A DNA stretch of 61,576 bases, the filler included, from Gonapodya sp. JEL0774 (lineage: Eukaryota): NCBI GenBank assembly GCA_027604505.1. It is 14 parts of 14 records of this genome, joined end to end, with 100 filler letters (N's around TTAATTAATTAA, not from the genome) between each part and the next. Parts side by side here need not be neighbours in the genome. Positions count along the whole stretch, not along the records: positions 22,067 to 26,372 come from JADIIX010000987.1; positions 26,473 to 30,777 come from JADIIX010000988.1; positions 30,878 to 35,182 come from JADIIX010000989.1; positions 35,283 to 39,585 come from JADIIX010000990.1; 10 more parts are not named here. One strand, written 5' to 3'. Made by a program: the position numbers and the translations under genes. Below the pieces are notes generated by a model, which was not told the origin of the DNA, searched no databases, and worked only from the letters and a program-made list of their open reading frames with translations. This document shows positions 25,199 to 38,200 of this stretch, one piece after another. Each line of letters opens with the position of its first letter. Position 1 is the stretch's first letter.

Positions 25199-25659
25199 CT
25201 ACCGCACCAACAAGTTGTTCAACCCGCTTGACCCGGGATTTACGTTCGCAGAGAAAGCTCCATTTTTGTCGTTTTCCGTCAACTCTCGAACTTGATCGTC
25301 AGTGACATCCACCCCCTTCGCTCTCATCTTCTCCTGCACGAACATTGCACATTTCTCCGGGCTGGAATCTGCAGCAAACTGGAAGATTGTTTCACATCCC
25401 GAAGAATCCAGGATTGTGTAGACTTTGGGGAAGGTGTCTTGACCGTAATACTGCGATCGTTCGGGGCCCACTTTTGGGTTGATAATCACGCCTTTCATGT
25501 GATATTTATAGTAGGAGGGCAGTGATGGGTCCTTGCTGTGGTGAAACAATAAGCGGGTGATGAGAGTCGTGTCCGTCTTCATTTCCAACAGCATTTGATC
25601 TTTTCGACACCCACGGTTTCCCAGGCTCGGCGTGTAATTTTGAGTGCTCGGATCCCATA
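25199..25659 (-). CDS. Small hypothetical protein
   Basis: ATG (MGSEHSK..., a possible N-myristoylation start) plus one putative intron joins to the open frame ...PSLPSYYKYHMKGVIINPKVG...EKMRAKGVDVTDDQVRELTE...; no family recognised. Confidence 0.35.
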
Positions 25660-26472
25660 ATGATGGGTTTTCGCGATTCAACCGCGTTTGAATGGTCTGT
25701 CTCGGAAATCGCAGGTGTATTCAAATAGTTCTGTGCCCTCAGTAGTTGTGAGAACCAGAAGTTGAGGGAGGCGCCTAAGTTGTGTCCTCTTCATAAGCAA
25801 TCTCACCAGCATTGTTATCGCACTCAGAGTACCCGTAGATTCTCAACATAAAACTTGGTAAATATTCACACATCGTATGGCCGATCCCCCATTCGGTGCC
25901 TACCCTCAACTTCTCAACAGCTTCCTAGATCAGGATTTTTCTGCACGACAGGTCGCAGCTTGAATTGAAAGAATACTTCGTGGCATTGTTATGTACATTG
26001 TCCACACTACACGCATTCGTTATTGGCCAAAAGAAAAAAAACACTACAAAAGAAACAATTGGGGACGGGAGAAAGGTACCTCTGCTCTTTGAGCGGTCAC
26101 GGTACGAAAATCCAAAGAAATCCAAACGAGAACCAAACTTCAGAAACATTAGTCCACAAAAAAAAGAAGAACCTTTCCAAGCGGCAAACTCCATTCTCCG
26201 ACAAATCAAGGAGAGGCTGCTGAGAGACCATACACCAACGTTCGTCTCACGCTCGACAGATCCAAAGACTTAAAAGTCCATTAGTCCGACATCCGGCTCG
26301 GTAAACCATCCAAATTAGAACTGATAAAGGCTCAGATTTTATTGCTTGTTCAAATCCCGAAGACGAAGAAGANNNNNNNNNNNNNNNNNNNNNNNNNNNN
26401 NNNNNNNNNNNNNNNNTTAATTAATTAANNNNNNNNNNNNNNNNNNNNNNNNNNNNNNNNNNNNNNNNNNNN

Positions 26473-26954
26473 TTCTAGAATCTTGCCCACGTAGAACAAG
26501 TGACATCCAATCCTGAGTATCAAGACAATCGCAGGGGTACGGTGGTGAGGCGGGATCAGGTTTTCATTCTGTTCAGACTCGTTTCGGTGCGACATGCAGT
26601 GCTCAGTGGTGCGACAATCAGCACAGAGCCACTCACGCCAGAGCGGGGCTGCACATGTATACATTTGCTATGAAGGCGAAGAGTGGTGAGAGAGTGGAAA
26701 GGAGCAGAGCTAACAGTCCCAGTATGCGGACGGTGACGGGGATGTAACGGAGGTCTTGGAGAAAGGTGAACATGACGACCAGTTGAGCCAAGAAGCTTGC
26801 AGAGCCAAGAAAGTGTCGACTCTATTCATTAAGTATGCTGAGGGGTACCTGTCAACCTGGCACCCTACCTTGCTAGAATGATGGAGTTGGAGTACACCTG
26901 CAAATCCATAGCCGGATCCAAGTGAGGGGCAAAGTTGTCGAGGGAGGATTCCAT
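26473..26954 (-). CDS. Multi-pass membrane protein, paralog A, 3'-partial
   Basis: MESSLDNFAPHLDPAMDLQVYSNSIILAR...ASFLAQLVVMFTFLQDLRYIPVTVRILGL...YMCSPAL...RIGCHLFYVGKILE; collinear with the gene at 27874-29169. Confidence 0.7.
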
Positions 26955-27643
26955 CTTGATGATGGGAGAGTGAGCCGCGGAATCAAAGTGATTGAAGGTA
27001 TGTACCACGGTGCTTCGCCCAAGGCGGAGTGCGAAGTGATAGCATCGCCAGATTGTGTTCTTGGTGATCGCAAAGATCCGTGCTCCAGGGTAGCACCAAA
27101 GTGTCAACCATCCGCGTAGCAGGATTCGAGTTTATAGCTCCTTCCATTCAGCACCCCGTCCTTGATATCGCAGCTAGTGTGCTGTGGCCCGTGCCCATGC
27201 GCAGCCGTGGGCAGTACGCTCAGTACGCAGTAGGAGGGCGAATAGACATTATACAAAGAGAGAAAGTCACATTGTATTCGGAAGCGTACATCATTACATC
27301 TAAGTACCAAGGGGAACCTCTGTCCTCGGCCCGTCCTCTCCAACCCCCGACGTACTAAGAAGGACCACCGCGTGAAAGATTTCTAAAGACGTCCATGTCC
27401 GATTTCACGAGATAGAGCGCATTGTTTTAACATTCGTGGATACGTAGTCACCCTCAGATGAACCAGAAGGGATCAGGCAAATCGCTCCAACTTGCTTCAC
27501 GCCAGGACCTGCGAGAGATAACATCGCACCGGGGGAGGTGTCAGGGCCGATCTTCAAAAAGCTATCAGTACAACCCTGGGTGGAAAAGGTATAGTGACCA
27601 AGGCGATAGTAGTCACTGGTGCGAGTTTCACAAAGTGTGCCGT

Positions 27644-27687
27644 GCACAAAGTTTTCGAAAAGGGGGCACAAAGTTTTCGAAAAGGGG
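27644..27687. repeat. Perfect 22-bp tandem duplication with palindromic core
   Basis: GCACAAAGTTTTCGAAAAGGGG occurs twice; the core TTTTCGAAAA is a palindrome. Confidence 0.9.
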
Positions 27688-27873
27688 CCTACGGAAAAGA
27701 GCCCAAACCTCTCCCCCCGTAGAAGAGGCATTTCTCAACACGGCCGCGCCGGAGAACCGGCCCAGTGGCCAACTAACAAATCAGTTTATGGACGTGCATG
27801 AACAGACCGTGAACAAATCACTCAGTAATTCTTACAAAACCCGCAAAAACAACAAGCAATAGTGCAATCGTAC

Positions 27874-29169
27874 TTAAGCACACGAATCATCCTCTTGTCT
27901 CTGTACAGGGGACACTATCATCCTCGATGTTCTCCCGGGTCTCACATTTACAAAGGATGGCCTCTTTTCAGCCACTGATGACACTTTCTCCTTGTCTCCA
28001 ATCATCCCAAATGCTGGTAATGCATTAACTGTATCCACGCGCTGTGAGGAGCGCACATCATTGACGAATGATTTCATGTAGGCACAAAAGACCAAATCAT
28101 GGACAATTTGAATACCATAGACCCAAATGAAGAATAGAGTGGGATCATATGCCACCTGTGGACGTAATTTAATGCCAGATTTTGGTTTGTGCTCCTTGCA
28201 AGGCGAGGTTGCAGGAGTCGAAGTGATGTAACGCACCATGTGCTTGAAAACGTATTGAAATAGCTCAATAAGCATGACTAGAACGCTGTTTTTAAGCAAC
28301 TTGAATGTGGCAGCCAATGGAGCAACTGCCTGTTTCCCAGCGGCATGTGGTTCCATTATCATTCCATTCACAACACCCATTGTGTGTGAGTGCTTGCGTA
28401 TATAAAAAACATGCAATAGGATGAACAAGACCATGAGGCTGCCAACGGAAGGATCGACGCTATCATCGAGGAATTTGGTCCATGACAGTGGGTTCACATC
28501 GGCAGGTCCGCAAATCAATGGGAGGATTCTGACCGCTTGAAAAACACTGCAATTGCTGTATGAAAGAAAGGATAGAAAGATTCAGTTTCTATAGGCCACA
28601 ATTGAATGCAAAGGTTCATTTCACCTTTCCGCCACCAGGGCACACACAGATACCCCAATTGCCAGTGTCAAACCTACCATCCTGTTGTTATTCGAGAGCG
28701 CCCAGATGCGCACACTGAAAGTAATCCATTCCAGGATTTTGCCAATGTGAAAAGCATGACAGCCGATCCTGGTTACCAGGTAAAGTATATGCTCAGCTCC
28801 TTGCACCTCTTTGGGCGTTGCGCTCGGAAGCGTCCGTAACCACAAGTGAAACACTCACGCCAGAGCTGGGTTGCACATGTATATATTTCCGATGAAGGCG
28901 GCAAGCGGGGAAAGTGTGGAGAACACCAAAGACGGAAGTCCGAGAATGCGGACTGTGATCGGAATGTAGTGAATGTCTTGAAGAAAAGTTACGACAATGA
29001 CCAGCTGAGCCAAAAAGCTTACACATCAGATAAGTTTCGAGTCATTCTCAAAGTATCGCCAGGTGCCTCAAATTTCTAGCTACCTTGAGAGAATGATCGA
29101 ATTGGAGTAAACCTGTACATCGATTGCGGGCTCCAAGTGAGGTGCGATATTGTCGAGCACGGTACCCAT
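27874..29169 (-). CDS. Multi-pass (possibly 7TM, GPCR-like) membrane protein, paralog B
   Basis: MGTVLDNIAPHLEPAIDVQVYSNSIILSR...; several hydrophobic helices (RIGCHAFHIGKILEWITFSVRIWAL, MVGLTLAIGVSVCALV, VGSLMVLFILLHVFYI, VLVMLIELFQYVF, LFFIWVYGIQIVHDLVF) and a polar C-tail. Confidence 0.65.
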
Positions 29170-29608
29170 GTTGGTTGGGGCGAATGACCGATGAATCAAT
29201 GGACTTGCTGCAAAGCTTATGCTAAGTAGTGGAAGGCCGGATTGTGCGAAGTATATGAATCTGATCGGGATCAAAGCCACCCTGTCTCTCCAGGCACCTC
29301 AGGGAATCGGTGAGCGCTTGCCATGGCCCTGGTCCTGGGTTTAATTGGGCAGCCGTACGTATCTTGCGCGCTTGGTCTCTTCCGAATTTGGTAGCACTGC
29401 TCATTTGACAACCGCAGCTGAGCTGGTCTGTGCTTTCATTGAACTGTGCCATCATTATTGCAACCCCCTTCCAAACGGAATACCAACATTCCACTTACTC
29501 GTCTCAAAACAACGGAGGAATAGTCTCTTCCAAGTGACGAAAGTTTTGTCGAGACTTTTTTAGTGGACAGTCCTCCCAATCTCTGTTGGAAACTTCAAAA
29601 AGGAGAAC

Positions 29609-30379
29609 ATGTCTGACTCGGCAGCTCAAAATGGCGCCGGCGGCGGTATCCGCACAGTCTTTGTTGGAGTGAGTCATAGATGCATACTTGACGAGCTGTC
29701 GGCACCTCTCTGTTTCTGTCCTTTCGTCCCTGACAATCCGTTTTCTAACATGACCGATGAAACGCCCGCTGACACTGTGATAATCCGTTTCGTCGCGGGA
29801 ACTCCGTGAATAGAGAATAAATCTAAACACAACACGTGAAGACCTGGAGGCGGCCTTCTCACAGTACGGTGCGGTCGAAAGAGTGGAAATTCGGAGCTCA
29901 GCCAACAGCGTTTACGCCTTTGTCAAGTTTGCTGACCCGAGGTGAGTTTCTTTCTTTATCTGCTCTCAAATGTCTAGGGATATGGGACCTGAAGGTGGCC
30001 CGTGGCACTGTGAACGCTGGAGCTGTCCAGTTCACCGGATGGAGCTGTATTATCACGAGCACAGCAGTACTCCCCCGTCAACCCCTATACGCTCCCAGGG
30101 CATCTGTTCCCTAGTATTTACGTCCCATTTTTGTCCCCGGAACCTTCTTTCCCACACCCTGCTTCTCCCAGAGACGCCACGTCAGCATGCCAGCTTGCGA
30201 ATAACATCGAACTCCCAGCCGTCGGACGTATCGTGACAGAAATGGCGCGTTCGGATATTGAGACTGCAGGAATGGGAGGTTCCGGCAGAGGAGGCAGGAT
30301 GAGAGGCGGCATGGGTGGGCAGATGGGAGGAAGCAGAGCATGCTTCAGGTGTGGAAGAGAGGGCCATCGTGCTGCTGAA
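29609..30379 (+). CDS. RRM + CCHC zinc-knuckle RNA-binding protein (SRSF7/9G8-like), 3' end not resolved
   Basis: RNP2 TVFVGNL, REDLEAAFSQYGAVERVEI, RNP1 YAFVKFADPRDA, RGG linker, then CFRCGREGHRAAE. Confidence 0.8.
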
Positions 30380-30877
30380 GTGGGTTCACTCGCAAGACAG
30401 GGGGCTGATGTCAATACGGATCTCTGGGATTTCAGGGGTTATGTTCCGTTTGTGTGTTGCAGCAGCAGCAGGGCAGTGTTGTTACTCGTGTTACAGCAGC
30501 AGCGGCAGGACAGATTGTTGTTCATCACTCGAAGAGCAACGAAGGCAGCAGCTCCAAGCCATTGAGGGCATTTTTCAGTGAGCCGAACGGAGCCGTGAGA
30601 ATGCAGGTTGGGACAGGACGCCCAGAGCTATTTGAATTCCTTCCTGTTCAGTTGCACTGAAAAGCGACGGAGTCAGGCCGCGCCACTTTACATCATCAGA
30701 GGGAATTTTTGGTGTACGGAACTCACTCGTGCTGGAAAGGAGAGCCGCTGCGATCGTTGACGATTTGTTGGGAGTGTNNNNNNNNNNNNNNNNNNNNNNN
30801 NNNNNNNNNNNNNNNNNNNNNTTAATTAATTAANNNNNNNNNNNNNNNNNNNNNNNNNNNNNNNNNNNNNNNNNNNN

Positions 30878-31375
30878 AGGGGGAGGAGGAGGTTGAGAGG
30901 GTGACGCGGGAACAAAAGCAAGCATTTTTGACTATATTCCAGGCAAGTTTTGCCTAGTTGGTGTTGTGTCGTTCGAGGAAGTCGTTAATCTCACATTTCA
31001 CTTCGCTCTTGTTTTGCTATGTGCAGCGATTCATTCGCATTATGACCGCCAAGATATCTCAGACTGACATGGAAGGTGTTGACATAAAACGGACTCCCTG
31101 GTGGCGGTGGATTTCTGGGTTCTTGAGGGAAGTGGGACGTAAGGTGAGTTTCATTGTCTCCCCACCACAGAATCCCCCTCGAAATTGAGTAATTCAATAT
31201 TCCAAAACGCAAATCCTCATTTCTAATCGTTTGGGATGCGTGTCAGTTCGGTCCTGAAATCCGCACTTTTGCCAAAACCTTGGAGTACACGGTGTTCGTC
31301 GACGGTGAGGTGGATTCGAGGATTCTCGAGGTGTGGAGTGAGCTCAGGGTGTTTTATGAGGCACGAGTGATTTAG
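30878..31375 (+). CDS. NCBP1: Nuclear cap-binding protein subunit 1 (CBP80) C-terminus, 5'-partial
   Basis: REQKQAFLTIFQRFIRIMT...TPWWRW...KTLEYTVFVDGEVDSRILEVWSEL resembles the CBP80 C-terminus (EQKNLFLVIFQRFI...TPWY...TLE...DPHILAVF). Requires a GC-AG intron at 30943-31026. Confidence 0.8.
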
Positions 31376-31637
31376 TAGGCCAAAATGCTTGGCTAATGTT
31401 TTTGTGGGTCAACCCGCAAAAATAGCTGTGAATATGGATGTTATCGAGTATAAGACTCCATACGTATCCAATCACAGGAAATGCGTCAAAAGAAGTGAAC
31501 GCCTCACAATTATTCGATTCGAGCGGTCGTGATATTCATGAATTCTCTGTCTAAGAATATTACATCTTCGCATCATAAGGGAGCGTCTTGAACCCATATT
31601 TTTAATACACCACCGTCCATGCCGTCCCACGGCCTCT

Positions 31638-33666
31638 CTAGTACGACTTGGGCATCTTTAGTACGTGTTCGCCAATGAAGCTCAAAATGAGGTTGTCCGA
31701 GATGGGCGCCGTACGGAACAGCCGGGTTTCACGGAACTTGCGTTCGATGTCGTACTCCTGGGGACATAAATCAAGGGTGGGGTACAATTGATGGTGGTGG
31801 TCGGGGGAAACGAAACGACCATCAATGGGTCCGAGGGTGGTCGTGAGAAACGAAACGACACAACCGCTCACACACGAAGGCTGGTACTGCATAGCCACTG
31901 CCGACATAGGCCTATAAACTCACCGTCGCGAACCCAAACCCTCCATGAGTCTGCATACACACGTCTCCTGCCTTCCAACTGGCTCTTCCCGCGAGCATTT
32001 TGGCCATGTTGGCTTCCGCACCAACGTCCTTTCTTCCGGAATCGAACTTGGCGGCTGCTTCACGGACCATGGTGGCAGCCGCTTCGATCTCGGCGTAGCA
32101 CTCGGCGATGGGGAATTGAATGCCTTGGTTGGCGCCGATGGGCTGAGGTGGGTAGGATTGGCGGGATTGGCGGGATCGTGCAGGAGAGCAGGACCGTGTA
32201 CAACATAAGAACGGGCACGTTCTCGCAGAAGATGAACACCAACACCACACTCACTCGGCCAAAGACGATCCTCTCCTTTGCGTAGGCTACCGCCTTGTCC
32301 ACAAACCACCGTCCATCACCAATGGCCTCTGCCGCAATTAGGATTCTCTCTGCGTTCATGCCGTCCAGAATGTACCGGAACCCTTTGCCCTCCTCCCCGA
32401 TAAGGTTCTCCACCGGCACCCTCATATTATCAAAGAACACCTCGGTAGTGGCATGGTTGATCATGGCCTCAATGGGACGGATGGTGAGCGTGCCCTGCGC
32501 CTGCGCGGCACGCATGTCCACCAGAAGAACAGACAGACCCTCCGTCTTCTTGGTGCGCTTTTCGATGGGGGTGGTACGGCAGAGAAGAAGCATGAGGTCC
32601 GAGTGTTCGGCGCGTGACGTCCAGATTTTTTGCCCGGACACGATGTAGTGGGAGGGGTCCGAAGGGTCTCGGATGGCGGTGGTGCGGATAGACTAGACGC
32701 GGTGTGAAGGCCGGGAGAAGGATCGGTTACTCGATGGATCTGAACGTCAGGATACACAAACGCCATTTCAAAGCCCATTATCCCGATCCCTCGAAACTCC
32801 AGAAAACGTTTGTCAGTCCGGTCCGGCCATTCAACCCATCGGGACCTTCCTCTCTTGTGGTGAGCCATGCCCAAACTCCCGGTGAAATCGGTTCAACTAG
32901 ACTATTTGAATCGTGGCGCGGAATGTACTCTCATACATTATGCCTGCCCACGCTATCTCTTTTTTCGGGAGAACAAGGATTCGCTAGCCTCCCCACTCAG
33001 ATTGAGACCCACCGTAGTATCGGTTCCCGCCGTGGGTTCAGTCACTCCAAATGCCTGTAGCCTCAGTCTTCCCGCTGCAATCTCTGGCAAGAACTTGTTC
33101 TTCTGCTCCTCGTTCCCACTCCTCAAGATGGTGCCCATGATGTACATTTGGGCATGTGCAGCACCACCTGAGCACCCACTGCGGTGAATCTCCTCCATAA
33201 TGGCTGCTGCCGCTGAGATGGGCAGACCGGATCCCCCGTACTCTTCGGGAATGAGACAGGCGAGCCACCCCGCCTCGGTGAGTGCTTTAACAAATTCAGT
33301 TGGGTACCGGCTGTGGCGGTCCATGTCGCGCCAGTACGGAGCTGGAAACTGGGCGCAGAGAGCACGTATAGCTTCGCGGATTTCGGGGTGATCTGTGGGA
33401 ACAGGGGAGTGGTGAATGTGCGGGAGAGCGCCAGCAGCGGAAGCGAACGCAGAGTTGGAGCCCGAAGCCTCCGCTTGACGGCGTGTGGTGGAAGAGTGTA
33501 GGAAACGAGGTGATTGTGCGAGTGGGCGACATGAGTTTGGTGATTGGCGGTCGAATCGATCAACGATATCGAATGTTCGATTGATTCCGACAGTCCCACG
33601 GTGAACAGCATCGGCAGAGCGCCGGATCGAAGACGAGAAAGGGAGGCGCACAAGAGACATAGACAT
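31638..33666 (-). CDS. Acyl-CoA dehydrogenase with N-terminal mitochondrial-type presequence
   Basis: YPTEFVKALTEAGWLACLIPEEYGGSG; QAFGVTEPTAGTDTT; GQKIWTSRAEHSD; GMNAERILIAAEAIGDG; QTHGGFGFA; IERKFRETRL...PKSY*. Confidence 0.95.
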
Positions 33667-34249
33667 GGCCAGAAACAGAATTTTTCAAGGTTTTGGAGTG
33701 CAGAATCGAGGTCGATGGCACCACGGTTTCCCGCGTGGGTGCTCGGAAGCTGTTCCGCGGCCCAGACTTCTCAGAGGACGCCGAAGACTTGAAATCTGTC
33801 CCCGCGGAAAGATTCAGCTAAGAACAGAATGACGAAAGTAATCTGTAACTCTGTTTGTATCCACTGCCAAGACAAAAAAAAATGGCACAGCGTGAACCGA
33901 AGTCTCACTTGGTGCCGTTCCCTACCTATGTATGAGTGTCGCTGGCGCTCTGAGTACGCGAGATTAATTACAAATAACCAACTCTTAGGATAGGTCACAT
34001 GGTAGGTTCTATTCCGGAGAGACTAGCTCATCTCTGCTTGTTTACACATGATCAGAGTGCTCATCGCACATAGCAAGTTCGTCTTCAGGAAGGGAATATG
34101 TTACGAACTTGCAGACATAGCATGAAACGGTCCTCTACGCGTCTTGGTTGAAGGCGCTTCTTTTAGTTGAAGTGTGAGGTTCGGTTCGACTGTTTCCCGA
34201 ACTCGACAACCAACACCAGAATCCACCGGATAGAGCGCAGCCACTTCAT

Positions 34250-35182
34250 ATGTCACCAGTTGCCTCATCGCTCCCCCCATCGCATCTGTCTGATGCGGTG
34301 TCTGCGGGCGTGGAGTGGGCCCCGCTCGCGATCATCGACATTTCGGGGTGGGAATCGTTCTCCCCAGAACGTGAACGGGAGGTAGCCCGGAATCTCTTAG
34401 AGGCGGCAACGAAAGTCGGATTTTTTGTAGTCACGGGACACGGGATAGAGAAGGAAGAGATCGACAAGGCCTATGCTCTCGTGGGTGTCCATGCCTCTTT
34501 TTGCTTCCGGTGTTTTAGAGGAGTAACGTAGTAAAGCGACGCTTGCTCGGCGAAATCATCATATTGGACCAAATTTGAAAAGAATGACAAGTTCTTCGGC
34601 TTGGCCCTCGGTGAGTTCTTGTCGACTTGGTTTGATGGGACATTGTACCGTCAATTACATCCTGGTCCCTCCCGCATTCGCAGAAGAGAAACTTCCTTTC
34701 ATTGTCAACCAAGATACCGGATCGTATGTGGGCTACACTCCGGCTGGACTGCGCGTTGGGGGGCGAATGTGAGCTCCGGCTGTATGTTTTAATCCACAGA
34801 GTTCACAGTACAACTTCGCATCTTAGGGAGATGTACAACTTTGGACCTTTCTCTACCGATAACTCTTCTACCCCGCACGTCCATCCGCCTCTCTTTACCG
34901 CCGAATCCCACCCCACCAATGCAGCCTTCCTCTCCTCGTTTTCTCGCCGAGCCCACGCCCTCACGCTCACCATTATGGACTTACTTGCTCTGTCCCTAGA
35001 GATTCCTGAATCTGAAGGCGGAAAGAACTGGTTTCGGAACCGCCATGTGTACGACGAACCCAACGGAAGCTTGTTGCGCTTGATGTGAGTTTTCGATCAG
35101 GCCCAGTGGCGTGAGAGACCCGAGAGCTTCACACCGTTGGTCCTGATCTTCCAACACGAATGCAGGCGCTACCCTCCTCTGG
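34250..35182 (+). CDS. 2-oxoglutarate/Fe(II) dioxygenase, isopenicillin N synthase-like, 3'-partial
   Basis: DIOX_N pattern LAIIDIS...VARNLLEAATKVGFFVVTGHGI; GYTP; REMYNFG; LALSLEIP...LLRLMRYPP. Confidence 0.88.
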
Positions 35183-35282
35183 NNNNNNNNNNNNNNNNNN
35201 NNNNNNNNNNNNNNNNNNNNNNNNNNTTAATTAATTAANNNNNNNNNNNNNNNNNNNNNNNNNNNNNNNNNNNNNNNNNNNN

Positions 35283-38200
35283 GCGGCCGGAGTCACCCTC
35301 CACGGCTCTGCGAAGCCCACTTCCTCACTTCCACTCGCTTCACATAGTTTCAACTCTGGAGTCCGGGATCCCAAGACAGATACGGAATATGCATCAGCAA
35401 AAAAGTTCGCGAGGAGGAGGTGGTCCGTAGATGGGGATAGTGATGTAAGTTGTCGGTCCTCAATGCATCCCATTGATGCAGGGGATCATTCCGTTCGTCA
35501 GACTACATATATGGCTCAGACGCTGTGGCGGTGAGCCATACCCGCCTACTCGCGATTGTAATCACTGCGGGTATCGTAATCCAACATTAAACCGGACTTC
35601 ACTCTCTCGCCAGATGAACATTCACCACGGCCCACACAGTTGGCGAACGACACTCGCCCTCACATATCTAAGCATAGGGTGAGCATACGCTTCAGGAAAC
35701 AAAAGGCACCATTTCAAGTGTTTAAAGCTTGTACCGTTGTTGCTGACTGAACGACACCTGAGCGGAGCAAAAACAGTTGGAATCTCAAGGGGGCCGGATG
35801 AATGCCCTCCTCTCGTCTGAAATGCTGGCATTAATAGAGCGCACTCGGTCGCTGAGTCTCAAAATACTTGGTTGCGCTGTGTCTTTTGTCGCACGTCTTT
35901 GCACGGATAATCTCTGACAACTTGAATGGTATCTTTCTTATCTTGTCATTCAGCACTGTATTCGGTGATATTGCCACTTCTCCTCTCTATACATTCTCTG
36001 TAGTATTTTCAGGACATCTAGATGCCACTCCGGAGAGGGTAGAGGGTGTTGCTAGGCAAGTAGAATTACAACTTTGTGAAGTCCAATGGCAGTGGTACAA
36101 TGGCCTTACCGAACTGCACACCGCCCCAACTCTCTCGAAACAGTCTTATTTTCTGGGCATTTAGTCTGGTTGTAATCGTGAAGTACGGCCTCATAGTCCT
36201 TCGGGCCGACGATAATGGTCAGGGGGGGACAATAGCGTTGTACTCTCTCTTATGTCGGTGAGCTTTCCAGCTTCAATCCTGCGCTCCGGTACTCGTCATG
36301 TCACCTATGTTTATCTATCTAGATTCGGGGACTACTCTCTTTCCCCACCCCAAGCTCCCGATCTGACCATGTCCTCTTTCACAACCCGCTCATTGATCCT
36401 CCAACGTTCCAACTCCGAGATGTCAGCTGGGGAGGTGGAAAGACTAAAACAAGAACGCCGAAGATTGCGAGTGGCCTTGATTCTGCAGGGTGTGGTGATT
36501 TTCGGGGTGAGCCTGCTGCTGGGAGACGGGGTATTGACGCCCGCGATATCGGGTAAGTCGTGTAACGTGTGGTCTACTCCTCATTGTCGGCTACGTATTC
36601 ACTCAACACGCATTCACAGTCCTATCCGCTGTCGAAGGCATCGCGGTACAAGCTCCCAACTTCGAGCACGCCATAGTTCCCGTTACCTGTGTCATACTGT
36701 TGGTGCTCTTTTTGGCACAAAGTTGGGGCACGGGTATGATATCGGGTGTGTTCAGTCCTATTGTGGTACTGTGGCTGTAAGTGCGGTAGCAACTACCATG
36801 TTGCCCTGGAATGCATTCCTCGAATCCAGCCTGGCAAGTCGTGTAGGCTGTGAGCAACTGAGAAAGACAACTCTTCTCCCTCATGCTTTAGGGTCTCCAA
36901 TGCCTGTATAGGCGCTTACAACATCTCAACTGATCCAACCATTTTCCGAGTGATGTCACCCTCCTATGCCTTTCGCTTCTTCATCACTGAGGGTCAAGAT
37001 GCGTGGATTTTGTAAGCGTCAAACTCTGAGACATTGTTACGCGGTATGAAGTACTTCTTACCCCGGTGCACTAAAATGGCGTGTTTGCGGCATGGGCAGG
37101 TTGGGCGCAGTGATGCTCTGCATAACCGGTACCGAGGCTCTCTTTGCCGACCTGGGGCATTTCTCGAGGAACTCCATACAATTGGCTACGCTATTCTTTG
37201 TGTATCCTTGTTTGAGTGAGTTCTTGGTTTTTTGCCTGCCCCGACAGACTCACACGTTTCTGATTCGCTCCATTCTGAACCGATTCCCAAACATTTGTCA
37301 GTGCTCACATATCTTGGTCAGGCTGCAAGAATAACCGAGGATCCAACCATTGTATCGAAAGCATATTGGTTGTCGATTCCAGAGTCAATGTTCTGGTGAG
37401 TAGTGTGTTCCCCGCCCGGTACTCACCGTGTGGCGCGCCCCGACCAACATCGACGTTTGTCTACCCTCAAGACTAACTCTCTATTCTCATGAATCGACCC
37501 AGGTACATGTTCATCCTCGCCATTCTGGCGACCATCGTCGCCTCCCAGGCTCTCATTTCAGCCTCCTTCTCCATCATCAAGCAGTGCATGTCCCTGAACT
37601 GCTTCCCAAAAGTCCAAATTGTACATACGAGTGCCAAGCATGGTATGACTTGTCTACAAAGGGATATGCATCTCCGCAGTGACTCTTCTAACGCCATGAG
37701 TTTTGTGCCTGTTCTTAGCGGGTCAAATCTACTCCCCTGACATCAACTACATCTTAATGCTCGCCTGCATCCTCGTCGTGATCGCTTTTGGATCCTCCAA
37801 CGCACTAGCCGGCGCCTATGGTATCGCTGTGTCGTTAGACGCGTTCATGACCACGTGCCTGGTCACGGCGGTCATGATTACGGTGTGGGAGCGACACTGG
37901 AGTCTGGCGGTGGCGTTTTTTGTGATCTTTGGTACGGTAGATGTGTCGTTCTTGTCGGCGAATTTGTTGAAAGGTTAGTGTGAGACTAAAGGGACGGAAA
38001 ATTATGGATTTGGTGGAGTAAGCTAAGTTGTATGGTTCTGCGGTTTCTAGTGCCCCACGGTGGTTGGTTTCCTCTTGTGCTCGCTGTCGTGGTTTCGTTG
38101 GTCATGGGCGTCTGGCGTTGGGGCAAACTGCAAGCCACCGGGTACGTTTGAGTTCCTTTGAAGGTGGTCACGGGCACGTCACTTCACTCTCAATATCCCT

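Noticed and set aside
25740..26372. A-rich ORFs at 25925-26273
   Set aside because: Low complexity, no family motif, no convincing splice model.
30458..30560. CAG-rich stretch suggesting a polyQ exon
   Set aside because: Short imperfect microsatellite, probably in the intron after the zinc-knuckle exon; no supported frame.
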